A stretch of DNA of 43,892 nucleotides from a virus, in the UHGV virus genome UHGV-0392495. One strand, 5' to 3'. The translations under genes and the position numbers were made by a program. The notes beneath the pieces were generated by a model. That model did not search any database, had not been told where the DNA came from, and worked only from the letters and a program-made list of their open reading frames with translations. Positions 6,195 through 15,591 of the stretch are shown piece by piece (within the stretch, counting starts at the first letter, position 1; each line of letters opens with the position of its first letter).

Positions 6195-7805
6195 GTGGAG
6201 CTTACACCAAAGCAGAAAGCGTTTGCAGATTATTACATAGAGTGCGGGAAAGTAACTGAAGCTGCTGTCAAAGCTGGATATAGCAAAAAGACAGCAGCAA
6301 AAATAGGCAGTGAGAACTTGAAGAAACCAGACGTTTCTGCTTATATAGCTCAACGCCAATCACAAATTGACTCCGAACGCATATGCTCCATTAAAGAAAT
6401 ACAAGAGTTTCGTAGTAGGATTGTAAGAGGAGAAGAAAAGGACCAGTTTGACCTTGATGTAGCAACGATAGATAAGCTTAAGGCTGCAAGTGACCTGGAA
6501 AAAGCATTACGAATAAAAGAGGCCGAGGATGAACGTAAAAAACAGGAAGAAGCAGCAAGAAATGCAAAAAATTATCATCTTGATTTACATAATATACCGG
6601 ATAACTTTCATCCTACTGTTAGAAAAATAAGAAACCAAGAATACACAGAATTTACTTTTAAGGGTGGACGTGGAGGAGCCAAATCATCAGTAATCGCAAT
6701 GATGATTATTGAGATTTTAAAGAATAATCACGATGTTCACGCGCTTGTATGCCGTAAGGTATATGGAACTATAAAGGATAGTGTATATGCAAAAATAAAG
6801 TGGGCTATACAGAAGCAAGGGCTTGATGCAGAATTTAATTCTACAGTTAGCCCGTATGAAATTACACTTAAGTCCACAAAACAAAAAATATATTTTCGTG
6901 GTGCAGACGACCCTACAAAGATAAAATCAATTACGCCAGAATTTGGATATATTGGCTGTCTGTGGCTAGAAGAATTAGACCAATTTGACGGACCGGAAGA
7001 AATGAGAAGTATTCGACAGTCTGCCTTAAGAGGTGGAAAACTTGGATTTATGTTTGAATCATTTAATCCTCCAATTAGTAAATCAAATTGGGCTAATAAC
7101 TATGCAGCGGAATCAAAGGAAAACAGGATTGTACATCACAGTACATATTTAAGTGTGCCGAAGGACTGGCTTGAAAAGCCGTTTATAGAAGAAGCAGAGC
7201 ATCTTAAAGAAGCAAAGCCAGAAGCATATAAACATGAATATCTTGGGATACCTATTGGACTTGGAACAGAGATATTTAAGTATTTAGAAATAAGAACCAT
7301 AACAGACGAAGAAATTAAAAGGCAAGAAAAGATATACCAAGGACAAGACTGGGGATGGGAGCCAGACCCAAAAGCCTTTATACGATGTTCATATAGTCAT
7401 GCAACAGAAAAAATTATGCTCATTGACGAAATGGGAGGTCCGCTTATTCGTGTGTCAGAAATGGCGCAAAAGATTTTAGATGCAGGATATGATGATTATA
7501 CCATTTACTGTGGAGCTGATGAAAAAGAACATACAAATGATTTTAGGGATGCAGGATTACCCGCCAGAATGGCTATCGTAGGACCTGGAAGTGTAAGGCG
7601 CACATTTGAATGGCTACAATGCAGAACTATTGTTATAGACCCTGCAAGAACGCCAAAAGCGTATAAAGAATTTGTGGAATATGAACATGATGTGGATAAA
7701 AACGGAGAAGCAATTGACAATTACCCAGACCACAATAATCACTGGATTGACGCTCTCCGTTATGCTACAAGCCCGTTATCAATGCGAAGGGGGAACAGTG
7801 CATGA
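6195..7805 (+). CDS. terminase, fused small-subunit HTH domain + large-subunit ATPase/nuclease
   Basis: GTG start; N-terminus KQKAFADYYIECGKVTEAAVKAGYSKKTAAKIG resembles terminase small-subunit HTH family; then Walker A FKGGRGGAKSS and PBSX/XtmB-like large terminase body. Confidence 0.85.
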   Translation: MELTPKQKAFADYYIECGKVTEAAVKAGYSKKTAAKIGSENLKKPDVSAYIAQRQSQIDSERICSIKEIQEFRSRIVRGEEKDQFDLDVATIDKLKAASDLEKALRIKEAEDERKKQEEAARNAKNYHLDLHNIPDNFHPTVRKIRNQEYTEFTFKGGRGGAKSSVIAMMIIEILKNNHDVHALVCRKVYGTIKDSVYAKIKWAIQKQGLDAEFNSTVSPYEITLKSTKQKIYFRGADDPTKIKSITPEFGYIGCLWLEELDQFDGPEEMRSIRQSALRGGKLGFMFESFNPPISKSNWANNYAAESKENRIVHHSTYLSVPKDWLEKPFIEEAEHLKEAKPEAYKHEYLGIPIGLGTEIFKYLEIRTITDEEIKRQEKIYQGQDWGWEPDPKAFIRCSYSHATEKIMLIDEMGGPLIRVSEMAQKILDAGYDDYTIYCGADEKEHTNDFRDAGLPARMAIVGPGSVRRTFEWLQCRTIVIDPARTPKAYKEFVEYEHDVDKNGEAIDNYPDHNNHWIDALRYATSPLSMRRGNSA

Positions 7806-8014
7806 CAAATAAAAAGAACAGTGTAATTACAAAGGAGAATATTCTTAAAAGTCTGGACATATTGAATAAATTTCAGTTTTTTCAAGGCCAAAGAGCAGGG
7901 AGAGAACTTTGGAATAATAAACCGGAAGATGTACAAAACAAGGACATAGAGAATTTCAATAAAGATTTGGATTTTCTCAGAATTGTTTTAACGGCGGTTG
8001 ATTTGGGTGATTAA
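7802..8014 (+). CDS. hypothetical protein
   Basis: 70-aa ORF between terminase and portal, overlapping terminase stop. Confidence 0.4.
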   Translation: MTNKKNSVITKENILKSLDILNKFQFFQGQRAGRELWNNKPEDVQNKDIENFNKDLDFLRIVLTAVDLGD

Positions 8015-9448
8015 ATGGGACTAATAACATGGGCTAAAAAGGTGATAGGAATGATATTCAAGCGACAGGCAGAAGAAGATTTTAATGTTGAGTCAGTAGT
8101 ATCCCCGGAGATGGAAAGCAAGATTGCAGAGTGCGCCAATATCTACCGTGGTACGCCCTATTGGGTGAACGCTGACGATAACGTTAAGACAATCAATTTT
8201 GCAAAGGCCATCTGCTCCGAGACGGCCCGGCTTGCTACCCTGGCGATTGGGATACAGATTGATGGGAGCGCGCGGGCGGCGTGGCTCCAGGAGCAGATTG
8301 ACAAGATATATTTCCAGATTAGGCATTGGGTAGAATATGGTATGGCCTACGGCACAATCATCCTTAAACCAAACGGTAAGGGGCTGGACATATTTACACC
8401 GCAAGATTTTATTGTTACTGACTGTGACAATGAAGGTATCTATGGGATTGTATTCAAAGATAGTTACAGCGAGAACGATAAATACTATACCCGGTTTGAG
8501 TATCATCGGTTTGTCGAGGTCAAGGACGGAGAGAACACCTATTACCCATATTACATATCCAATAGAGCTTATGTGTCTCACTCTGCAAAAAGTGTGGGGG
8601 ACCCGATAGCATTAAACAGGACTAAATGGTCTGACTTACTTCCAGAGACACCACCTATACTTAAGTCCAATAATGAGAAAATAGATGGTCCCATGTTTGG
8701 AATACTACGCACTCCACAGGCTAACAATTTGGATATTTCATCCCCTTTAGGATTGCCAATGTTTGCCGAGGCCATAGAAGAATTAAAGGACCTTGATGTG
8801 GCATACAGCCGGAATGTGGGTGAAATATTTGACAGTGAGAAAATCATATTGGCAGATGACCAGCTAATGTTTGGAAGCGGTACAAACATTAAAGGCCGTT
8901 ATGCTGGTATGAAGAATGAAAAACTTCCTCATTATGTGAGAAATGTGTTTGGGAATGGACAGGAATCATTTTATCAGGAGATTGTCCCATCATTAAACAC
9001 TGATACCAGAATTACAGGTATTAATAATCTTCTTTCATTTATTGGATTTAAATGTGGATATTCTAATGGATATTTTGTGCTTGATGAAAAAACAGGTATG
9101 GTCACAGCAACACAGGTAGAAGCTGACGACCGCCGAACTATCCAGTTAATCAAGGATGTGCGCGACAAACTGGAAAGCTGTCTTGACGGGGCAATATATG
9201 CGCTTAATGTATATGCGGACCTGTACGGACTGGCACCAGTCGGAAACTACGAAATCACATATGATTTTGGGGACATTACATACAACCGTGAGGAGGACCG
9301 GGCAAGATGGTGGCAATATGTTGTGCAGGGAAAGGTACCGGCATGGATGTATTTTCGGAAGTTTGAAGGATTATCCGAAGAAGATGCAAAGGCTATGGTA
9401 CAGGAAGCACAGCCGAAGAATGGACCGAGGATGTTTGAGGAGGAATAA
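8015..9448 (+). CDS. portal protein (SPP1 gp6-like)
   Basis: 477 aa, immediately after terminase; size/position/composition typical of siphovirus portal. Confidence 0.75.
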   Translation: MGLITWAKKVIGMIFKRQAEEDFNVESVVSPEMESKIAECANIYRGTPYWVNADDNVKTINFAKAICSETARLATLAIGIQIDGSARAAWLQEQIDKIYFQIRHWVEYGMAYGTIILKPNGKGLDIFTPQDFIVTDCDNEGIYGIVFKDSYSENDKYYTRFEYHRFVEVKDGENTYYPYYISNRAYVSHSAKSVGDPIALNRTKWSDLLPETPPILKSNNEKIDGPMFGILRTPQANNLDISSPLGLPMFAEAIEELKDLDVAYSRNVGEIFDSEKIILADDQLMFGSGTNIKGRYAGMKNEKLPHYVRNVFGNGQESFYQEIVPSLNTDTRITGINNLLSFIGFKCGYSNGYFVLDEKTGMVTATQVEADDRRTIQLIKDVRDKLESCLDGAIYALNVYADLYGLAPVGNYEITYDFGDITYNREEDRARWWQYVVQGKVPAWMYFRKFEGLSEEDAKAMVQEAQPKNGPRMFEEE

Positions 9449-9554
9449 ATTGAGAAGCTTATTAATTTGGATAGTATTCAATATACCACTTGGTTCATTT
9501 GCCCCGAAAGTGTTTGAATGGTCGATTGGACATAAGGGAAAGAAGGAAGAGTAA

Positions 9555-10778
9555 ATGTTAAGCCCTGAGCACCTTTCAAGAATCGCAGAAGGAAGCGAAG
9601 AAATAGCCTCACAGCTCCATACATACATTATCCGTCAGATAATAGACCGCATGATGATACGCATAGGCCGTGGCGATGATTACCTGCTCACCTCATCTGA
9701 CCGATGGCGCATACAGATATTGCAGGATGCAGGATATCTGCTGGAGGACATAACGGCAGAGTTATCCAAAATCACTAAGCGACAGGAAAAAGAAATCAAG
9801 TTCGCAATGGAAGAAGCTGGAGTCAAGGCCCTGGAATACGACCATAAAATATATGAAGCTGCTGGTTTGTCTCCAACACCGCTTACCCAATCACCGCAGC
9901 TTATTCGATTGATGGAACGAAACATGACTGCTACTATGGGGGAGTGGGAAAACTATACTAGGACCACAGCAGAAGCCGCACAAAGGCTTTTTATAAACGA
10001 ATGTGATAATACATATCACCTTGTATCTTCTGGGGCTGTATCATACACACAGGCTGTCAAAGGGGCAGTTAATTATGTGGTATCGGGCGGAGTGATAGTA
10101 CATTATCCTTCGGGCCACAAAGATACCATAGAGACCGCTACAGCGCGTGCAGTACGTACCGGAGTGGCCCAGGCTACAGGTGATATATCTATTAAGCGCA
10201 TGGAGGAAATGGACTGGGATATCATACTGGTGTCGGCGCACATCGGGGCCAGAACTGGAGACGGTGGGCAGAATCCAAGCAATCATTTATGGTGGCAAGG
10301 GCAGTTTTATAGCAGGACTGGAAAGGATAAGCGCTTTCCTCCATTTTCCCAGACTGGATACGGAACAGGTGAAGGGTTATGTGGATGGAACTGCCGTCAC
10401 TCCTTCGGAAGCGGTGATGGGGTAAACAATCCATACAAAGACATCCAAACCGCAGACAATTACAAGGTTGAGCAGCTGGAGAATCGGCAGCGAACGCTTG
10501 AACGGCGCATCAGAAAGACCAAACGTGAAGTCATGGGGATGCAGGAGGCCGTGGATAAATGCAAGGACGAATCAGCTAAATTTGAAATGCAGCTTGAACT
10601 TGACCGAAAGTCGTATCTGTTACAGCGGCAGAATAAGGCATACAACGAATTTTGCAAAGAGAACGACTTACGCACCCAGCAGGAACGGTTACAGATTGCC
10701 AGATGGAACCGGGAGCAGGCGGCAAAGGCCAGGGGAGCAGCGCGGCTGTATCAGAATGCGAAAGGAAAAGAAGAATGA
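9555..10778 (+). CDS. minor head / head morphogenesis protein (SPP1 gp7 / Mu F-like) with C-terminal coiled coil
   Basis: 407 aa after portal; C-terminal heptad-rich region (QLENRQRTLERRIRKTKREV...). Confidence 0.65.
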   Translation: MLSPEHLSRIAEGSEEIASQLHTYIIRQIIDRMMIRIGRGDDYLLTSSDRWRIQILQDAGYLLEDITAELSKITKRQEKEIKFAMEEAGVKALEYDHKIYEAAGLSPTPLTQSPQLIRLMERNMTATMGEWENYTRTTAEAAQRLFINECDNTYHLVSSGAVSYTQAVKGAVNYVVSGGVIVHYPSGHKDTIETATARAVRTGVAQATGDISIKRMEEMDWDIILVSAHIGARTGDGGQNPSNHLWWQGQFYSRTGKDKRFPPFSQTGYGTGEGLCGWNCRHSFGSGDGVNNPYKDIQTADNYKVEQLENRQRTLERRIRKTKREVMGMQEAVDKCKDESAKFEMQLELDRKSYLLQRQNKAYNEFCKENDLRTQQERLQIARWNREQAAKARGAARLYQNAKGKEE

Positions 10779-11155
10779 GCAGATGGAAACTATTCAATCC
10801 TAATCCACGCAATCAGCGTGTGGGGGATTGCCCAATCCGGGCTATAACCAAAGCCCTAGATAGCGACTGGGAAACGGTATTTGCAGGTGTAACCGTTTGC
10901 GCCTGTGCTTTATCTGATATGCCGTCTGCAAACCATGTATGGGGGTCCTACTTGCGGCAGAATGGATTCAAACGGTACATAGTGGATGACCATGGACAGG
11001 ATGTATACACGGTCGAGAATTTTTGTCAGGATAATCCTACGGGAACATACATATTAGCAATTACAGGGCATGTGGTGTGTGTGCAGGATGGTTATTACTG
11101 GGACACATGGGACAGTGGGCAGGAGATACCAATATACTACTGGGAAAGGCGATAA
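10775..11155 (+). CDS. hypothetical protein with possible Cys...His dyad (GDCPIRAIT ... ITGHVVC)
   Basis: ATG 10775 overlaps upstream stop; 126 aa; papain-like peptidase is only an inference. Confidence 0.45.
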   Translation: MSRWKLFNPNPRNQRVGDCPIRAITKALDSDWETVFAGVTVCACALSDMPSANHVWGSYLRQNGFKRYIVDDHGQDVYTVENFCQDNPTGTYILAITGHVVCVQDGYYWDTWDSGQEIPIYYWERR

Positions 11156-11158
11156 CTT

Positions 11159-11452
11159 ATGGAAACATTAAACTCTATTATGGTTGTATGTGGTTGGCTT
11201 ATTACTCTTGGAGGCGCAGGAACCGTAATATATAAATTGTTTCACCCGGCATTTAAGCTAAAAAACAGAGTGGATAAATTAGAAATAAATGTGGAAAAGG
11301 ATTATAAATCTATCCAAGAAATAAGAGATATGCAATCTCTTTTATGCCAGGGAATGATAGCATTAATTGATAATCGTATAACCGGTAACAACATAGAGGG
11401 TTTAAAAAAAACCAAAGAAGCTATGATAAAGCATTTGTCAGAGGGTATTTAA
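11159..11452 (+). CDS. membrane protein (N-terminal TM)
   Basis: 97 aa; hydrophobic N-terminus IMVVCGWLITLGGAGTVIY. Confidence 0.45.
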   Translation: METLNSIMVVCGWLITLGGAGTVIYKLFHPAFKLKNRVDKLEINVEKDYKSIQEIRDMQSLLCQGMIALIDNRITGNNIEGLKKTKEAMIKHLSEGI

Positions 11453-11463
11453 GGAGCGTTGCT

Positions 11464-11664
11464 TTGAAGGTATATGACTTTACAGTGCCAGAACTAAATT
11501 ATTTTCGTACATATTGTAACTTTACGGATGAAGAACGGGCGCTGTTTGAGTACCGGGCTAAAAATTATCCTTTGGAATATTGCGCTGAACTAATGAATGT
11601 AAGTGTATCCACAGCCAAGAGATTGAGCCGAAAAGTCAACAATAAAATAATTAGAGTATGCTGA
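11464..11664 (+). CDS. sigma-70 region-4-like HTH transcription regulator (ArpU/RinA-like late activator candidate)
   Basis: TTG start; motif TDEERALFEYR...YCAELMNVSVSTAKRLSRKV resembles sigma-70 region 4 HTH. Confidence 0.5.
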   Translation: MKVYDFTVPELNYFRTYCNFTDEERALFEYRAKNYPLEYCAELMNVSVSTAKRLSRKVNNKIIRVC

Positions 11665-11685
11665 TACTTGCATGATACTTTTATA

Positions 11686-11718
11686 AGTCTTTGACGAACT
11701 GTCAGAGGCTTATTTTTT
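11686..11718 (+). terminator. rho-independent terminator
   Basis: stem AGTCTTTGAC / GTCAGAGGCT (10 bp incl. 2 G-U), loop GAACT, then TATTTTTT. Confidence 0.6.
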
Positions 11719-11756
11719 ATGGGATAATTGGATTATAAAAGAACGGAGGGGATATA

Positions 11757-12227
11757 ATGCCGCAACCATTTATCAATCCAAACTATCTGAATACATATCC
11801 AAATGCATACCCATATCAGCCGCAGATGCAACCACCTATGGACCGATTGCAGCAGCTACAGGCACCATATCAGATGCAACAGCAGACGCAAGTTCCGCAG
11901 GTTCCTCAGACGAATCAGGGTATCTTATGGGTACAGGGAGAGGCCGGGGCAAAGTCATATTTAGTAGCGCCCAGCACATCTATATTGCTGATGGATAGCG
12001 AAAATGAGTATTTTTATATTAAGACAACCGATGCGGCAGGAATGCCAACGCTTCGCACTTTTGAATATAAAGAGATTGTCAATGGTCAGAAAAAAGAATC
12101 TGTACCGGCTGAAAATCTGGATGAAAAGTATGTTACCAGAAACGAGTATCAGGATTTAAAGGCAAAATATGATGAATTGTACGGCCTTTTAGAATCCAGC
12201 ACAGCTCCAAGCGGAAAGGGGAAATAA
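11757..12227 (+). CDS. Pro/Gln-rich N-terminus protein (156 aa)
   Basis: strong RBS GGAGGGG; low-complexity PYQPQMQPP...QQQTQVPQVPQ then globular C-terminal part. Confidence 0.5.
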   Translation: MPQPFINPNYLNTYPNAYPYQPQMQPPMDRLQQLQAPYQMQQQTQVPQVPQTNQGILWVQGEAGAKSYLVAPSTSILLMDSENEYFYIKTTDAAGMPTLRTFEYKEIVNGQKKESVPAENLDEKYVTRNEYQDLKAKYDELYGLLESSTAPSGKGK

Positions 12228-12230
12228 TAT

Positions 12231-12479
12231 ATGAATCCATTATTTAGCATGTTGGGCGGCGCTTCACCAATGGGTGGCATGATGCCTGGAATGGGAGGCG
12301 GAAATAACCCAATGCAAATGATTCAGAAATTTATGGAATTTAAAAACAACTTTAAAGGTAATCCCCAGGAAGAAGTACAGAAAATGCTACAGTCGGGGCA
12401 GATTACCCAGGACCAGCTTAATCAAGCACAGCAGATGGCCCAGCAGTTTCAGCAGATGCTTGGCGGAATGAAAAAATAG
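12231..12479 (+). CDS. Gly/Met/Gln-rich small protein (82 aa)
   Basis: MLGGASPMGGMMPGMGGGNNPMQM...; low complexity. Confidence 0.45.
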   Translation: MNPLFSMLGGASPMGGMMPGMGGGNNPMQMIQKFMEFKNNFKGNPQEEVQKMLQSGQITQDQLNQAQQMAQQFQQMLGGMKK

Positions 12480-12533
12480 TACATAAATCAATGCGCATGA
12501 TTTTGTAAATATATTTTAAAAGGAGTAAATTTT

Positions 12534-13238
12534 ATGGAAAGTGGTTACTCTTTAGCGGACATTGCAGCCGCTACAGGAAACGGAAATAACAGAAATGGCG
12601 ATGGTATGTGGGGCGATTGGATTTGGATTATCGTTCTCTTCCTGTTCGCCGGGGGAGGCTGGGGCAATGGCTTCGGCGGCAACGGTGCAAATGGAGCGGG
12701 ACTCCAGGGTCTTGCAACCAGAGCAGATATCAATGAAGGTTTTGCTTTGAACGGTATAGAAAACGGAATTAGAGGTATCCAGCAAGGTATCTGTGACAGC
12801 ACATACGCTCTGAACAACACTATTACCAGCGGATTTAACGGTGTTGACCGTAGCTTATGCCAGATGGGCTATCAGCTCCAGGATTGCTGCTGCCAGACAC
12901 AGCGCGCTATTGATGGCGTAAACTACAATCTGGCTACACAGTCTTGCGACACCAGAAATACCATTCAGACTGCAACTAGGGATATCCTGGACAATAATAA
13001 CAGCAACACCAGGGCTATCCTTGACTTCCTGACTCAGGACAAGATTTCCAGCCTCCAGGCAGAGAATCAGACTCTTAGGTTCCAGGCAAGCCAGACAGCC
13101 CAGAACGGCTTTATTGATGCAGTTGGTAACTCAATCGTTGCCCAGCTTCGTCAGCCGCAGCCTGTACCGGCTTATACAGTACCGGCGCCATATCCATATG
13201 CATCTAATTGTGGGTGCAATGCTGGATGCGGATGCTAA
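12534..13238 (+). CDS. membrane-anchored Gly-rich / Cys-rich protein (YjcZ-like N-terminus, C-terminal CGCNAGCGC)
   Basis: RBS AAAGGAG; Gly/Asn/Trp-rich segment around hydrophobic WIWIIVLFLFAGGGW resembles YjcZ-family sporulation microproteins; middle region has a CCC triplet and about 6 Cys. Confidence 0.5.
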   Translation: MESGYSLADIAAATGNGNNRNGDGMWGDWIWIIVLFLFAGGGWGNGFGGNGANGAGLQGLATRADINEGFALNGIENGIRGIQQGICDSTYALNNTITSGFNGVDRSLCQMGYQLQDCCCQTQRAIDGVNYNLATQSCDTRNTIQTATRDILDNNNSNTRAILDFLTQDKISSLQAENQTLRFQASQTAQNGFIDAVGNSIVAQLRQPQPVPAYTVPAPYPYASNCGCNAGCGC

Positions 13239-13444
13239 CTCGAAACGAACAGTTTTACGATAATCTTGCTTTATATGCAGCAGCATTACAAATGATTGAT
13301 GTGTTTTTGCTTTTGGGAGAAGCTTCTAATAATGATATTATGGAGGCGCTTCAACAGCAAAATAAAGAATACATGGAAAAGATTATCGACCAAAACAACC
13401 GCATATTGCGTATCTTGTCCGAAAAGGACATGTCTACTGAATAG
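13232..13444 (+). CDS. hypothetical protein (start uncertain)
   Basis: in-frame ATG 13232 chosen from track ORF 13208-13444; no clear RBS. Confidence 0.3.
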   Translation: MLTRNEQFYDNLALYAAALQMIDVFLLLGEASNNDIMEALQQQNKEYMEKIIDQNNRILRILSEKDMSTE

Positions 13445-13509
13445 TAGTATTACACACATGGAGGGGTAGGCACAGGCTTGCCCTTCTGTGCATATAAGGA
13501 GGAATTATT

Positions 13510-13908
13510 ATGGCAGATTTTGTAACTGCTGGCACACAGACCGTTGAAGTCAATGCAAGTGTTTTGTTTGCAGCAAACCGGATATATTCTTGCAATTGTC
13601 CAAATATAAGACATGAGCCACTTTCTGGGAGAGTAGTTTTACTTCCTGGCCTGTACCGTGTAGGATTTAACGGAAACTTTTCCGCAGCTGCGGCAGGAGA
13701 TGTAATTTTTGAAATACAGCAGGACGGCGAAGGCATTCCCGGTGCAAGAATCCAGAACACAGTTGCCGCCGGCGCAACAATCAATGGAGCAGCAACTGTA
13801 GAAGTACGAGTGTGCAAGCCATGTTGTGCTACCTTATCGGTAAAAAACGTTGGAGCCACAGCGGCGACAGTATCAGACGCTAACCTTGTTGTTAGCAGAA
13901 TAGGTTAA
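13510..13908 (+). CDS. BclA C-terminal-domain-like (C1q/TNF-like beta-sandwich) protein
   Basis: pattern GLYRVGFNGNFSAAAAGDVIFEIQQDGEGIPGA ... ANLVVSRIG parallels the B. anthracis BclA C-terminal domain (GFYKITVIANTATASVLGGLTIQVNGVPVPGT ... ASIIIEKVA) from memory; RBS AAGGAGG. Confidence 0.5.
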   Translation: MADFVTAGTQTVEVNASVLFAANRIYSCNCPNIRHEPLSGRVVLLPGLYRVGFNGNFSAAAAGDVIFEIQQDGEGIPGARIQNTVAAGATINGAATVEVRVCKPCCATLSVKNVGATAATVSDANLVVSRIG

Positions 13909-13920
13909 GGGGGTAAGGCT

Positions 13921-14460
13921 ATGAGTTATAAGATGATGCAGAATATCCACGAAGAACTGGATAAGATTGCGGAAAAGGGCCTGAATACCAACAACCTCGA
14001 AACCGCATACAAACTGATTGACATGTGGAAAGACATGGAGAATGTAGAGTACTGGAAATGCAAGGAAGAGTACTACAATCAGGTAATGGATGAAATGGAC
14101 GGTGGAGAGTACAGCGAAGCACGCCGCAAGCGTGACAGCATGGGACGTTATAGCCGTGCTGATGGAATGTCTCAGGACTATGATAATGACAGCTCCTATC
14201 GTGGAACACGCGGGAAACATTACGTCAGAGGACACTACAGCCGCGCGACCGGGCCGGCCTATGATGACTACATGAATCAGAAGCAGAGCTACAGAAGCGG
14301 TGGGAAAGATGAGGATTGCAAGCGGCGTATGCTTGCGGCACTTGAACATCACATGGATGAATTAACCGAGGAACTGGGCGAGATGAGCCGTGACGCTGAG
14401 TGCAGAGAGGAAAGGGAGGTCATGAAACGCTATATAGAAAAACTGCGTAACATGATGTAA
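13921..14460 (+). CDS. charged Tyr/Arg/Asp-rich protein (179 aa)
   Basis: RBS AAGGGGG; no family recognised. Confidence 0.45.
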   Translation: MSYKMMQNIHEELDKIAEKGLNTNNLETAYKLIDMWKDMENVEYWKCKEEYYNQVMDEMDGGEYSEARRKRDSMGRYSRADGMSQDYDNDSSYRGTRGKHYVRGHYSRATGPAYDDYMNQKQSYRSGGKDEDCKRRMLAALEHHMDELTEELGEMSRDAECREEREVMKRYIEKLRNMM

Positions 14461-14463
14461 TCT

Positions 14464-14493
14464 AAAAGGCAGGATTAACTTCCTGCCTTTTTA
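14464..14493. terminator. bidirectional rho-independent terminator
   Basis: AAAA-GGCAGGA-TTAACT-TCCTGCC-TTTTT separating convergent + cluster and minus-strand HNH gene. Confidence 0.7.
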
Positions 14494-14524
14494 TGATGAA
14501 TTTGTACCGGACGCGTCAAAGCGT

Positions 14525-15391
14525 CTAGAATATCCCATCCGCTGTATATGCGGCTATGTACCCTTGTATAAGGAACTTCCTATTTGTATTATTTCCTTGT
14601 TGAACATCTGTAGCCCATCTACAATTTGATGGCTCATATCCCTTGGCATTATCAATTCTGTCAATAGATAAATTTTCTTCATACCCATTATTTAAAGCCC
14701 ATTTTTTAAATTTCTTATACTCTTTCCATTCTTGGCAAACAGCTATTCCTTTTTCTCCATACAAATAGTACGACTTGTGTTTTGGGCTATAGCAACGTAA
14801 CATCATATCATGCCATATACGATAAATCCGAGTATTTGTATCTCCGTGAGTAGTATTTCTTTCTATGGCAACCTCCCTGTTATAACAGCCACATGATTTT
14901 GTATGCCCACTAATTAAGTTTTGTTGATGAACAATTACCGAGTTTCCACAGTTGCATTTACATTCCCATAAGGTTTGTTTTCCGTTGCTTTTTCCGGCAT
15001 ACCGTATGGCTACTAAACGCCCAAAACGCTTCCCTGAAATATCATCCACTTTGGGAGTTCTGCAATTTTTACAGCATTTCTCGTAAGGAGATTTTAATGC
15101 GAACGCACTTGTTATAAAGCGCGTTCCGCAGTCGCATACACATTCGTATTGAACGTATGATTTTTTCATAGGAAGTTTTTTTAATATAGTCAATTTCCCT
15201 ATTTTTCTTCCTGATAGATTTTCCTTGTTTATGCAGCCGCATGATTTTGTTTTTCCGTCACGCAGATTCCCAGAATAGATTTTTCGCTCTGTTCCACATT
15301 GGCAGCGACATAAATAATACTGATTACCAAGGTATTCTAGGACTGTCCACATTCCAAACTTTTGACCTGTTAAATCAATTCTTTTTGTCAT
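14525..15391 (-). CDS. HNH/AP2-type homing-endonuclease-like protein with three zinc-binding repeats
   Basis: ATG at 15391 (MTKRIDLTGQ) preceded by AAAGGGG; three repeats of GxxFGxL..........C.CG........L.SG.T.SCGC, then YRIWHDMMLRC...IDRIDN..GYEPSNCRWAT typical of phage HNH nuclease-like family. Confidence 0.65.
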   Translation of the reverse strand: MTKRIDLTGQKFGMWTVLEYLGNQYYLCRCQCGTERKIYSGNLRDGKTKSCGCINKENLSGRKIGKLTILKKLPMKKSYVQYECVCDCGTRFITSAFALKSPYEKCCKNCRTPKVDDISGKRFGRLVAIRYAGKSNGKQTLWECKCNCGNSVIVHQQNLISGHTKSCGCYNREVAIERNTTHGDTNTRIYRIWHDMMLRCYSPKHKSYYLYGEKGIAVCQEWKEYKKFKKWALNNGYEENLSIDRIDNAKGYEPSNCRWATDVQQGNNTNRKFLIQGYIAAYTADGIF

Positions 15392-15489
15392 TAAGTAACC
15401 CCTTTCTATATTCGATATTATACCATAAGAACGAGAAATAATCAATTAGTATATAGTTAAAAAGTGTGGATAAGAAAAGTAAAATAATC

Positions 15490-15498
15490 TGGTATAAT
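15490..15498 (+). promoter_or_regulatory. extended -10 promoter element TGGTATAAT
   Basis: TGnTATAAT about 95 nt upstream of KTR gene; a divergent TGGTATAAT (reverse strand, around 15410-15418) precedes the HNH gene. Confidence 0.4.
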
Positions 15499-15591
15499 GA
15501 GAGGGGATATCTAACCTTACAAAATGTGGGGACGATTATTTCTTATGAATACAGTAAAATGGGAGTAGGAATAAGCAGAAAGGGTGAAAAC

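Noticed and set aside
8093-8889. Minus-strand ORFs inside the portal gene
   Set aside because: Antisense within a well-supported structural gene; no RBS
12545-12820. Minus-strand ORFs antisense to the Gly-rich gene 12534-13238
   Set aside because: Pro/Ala-rich mirror translation of a Gly-rich coding strand; artefact of low-complexity sequence
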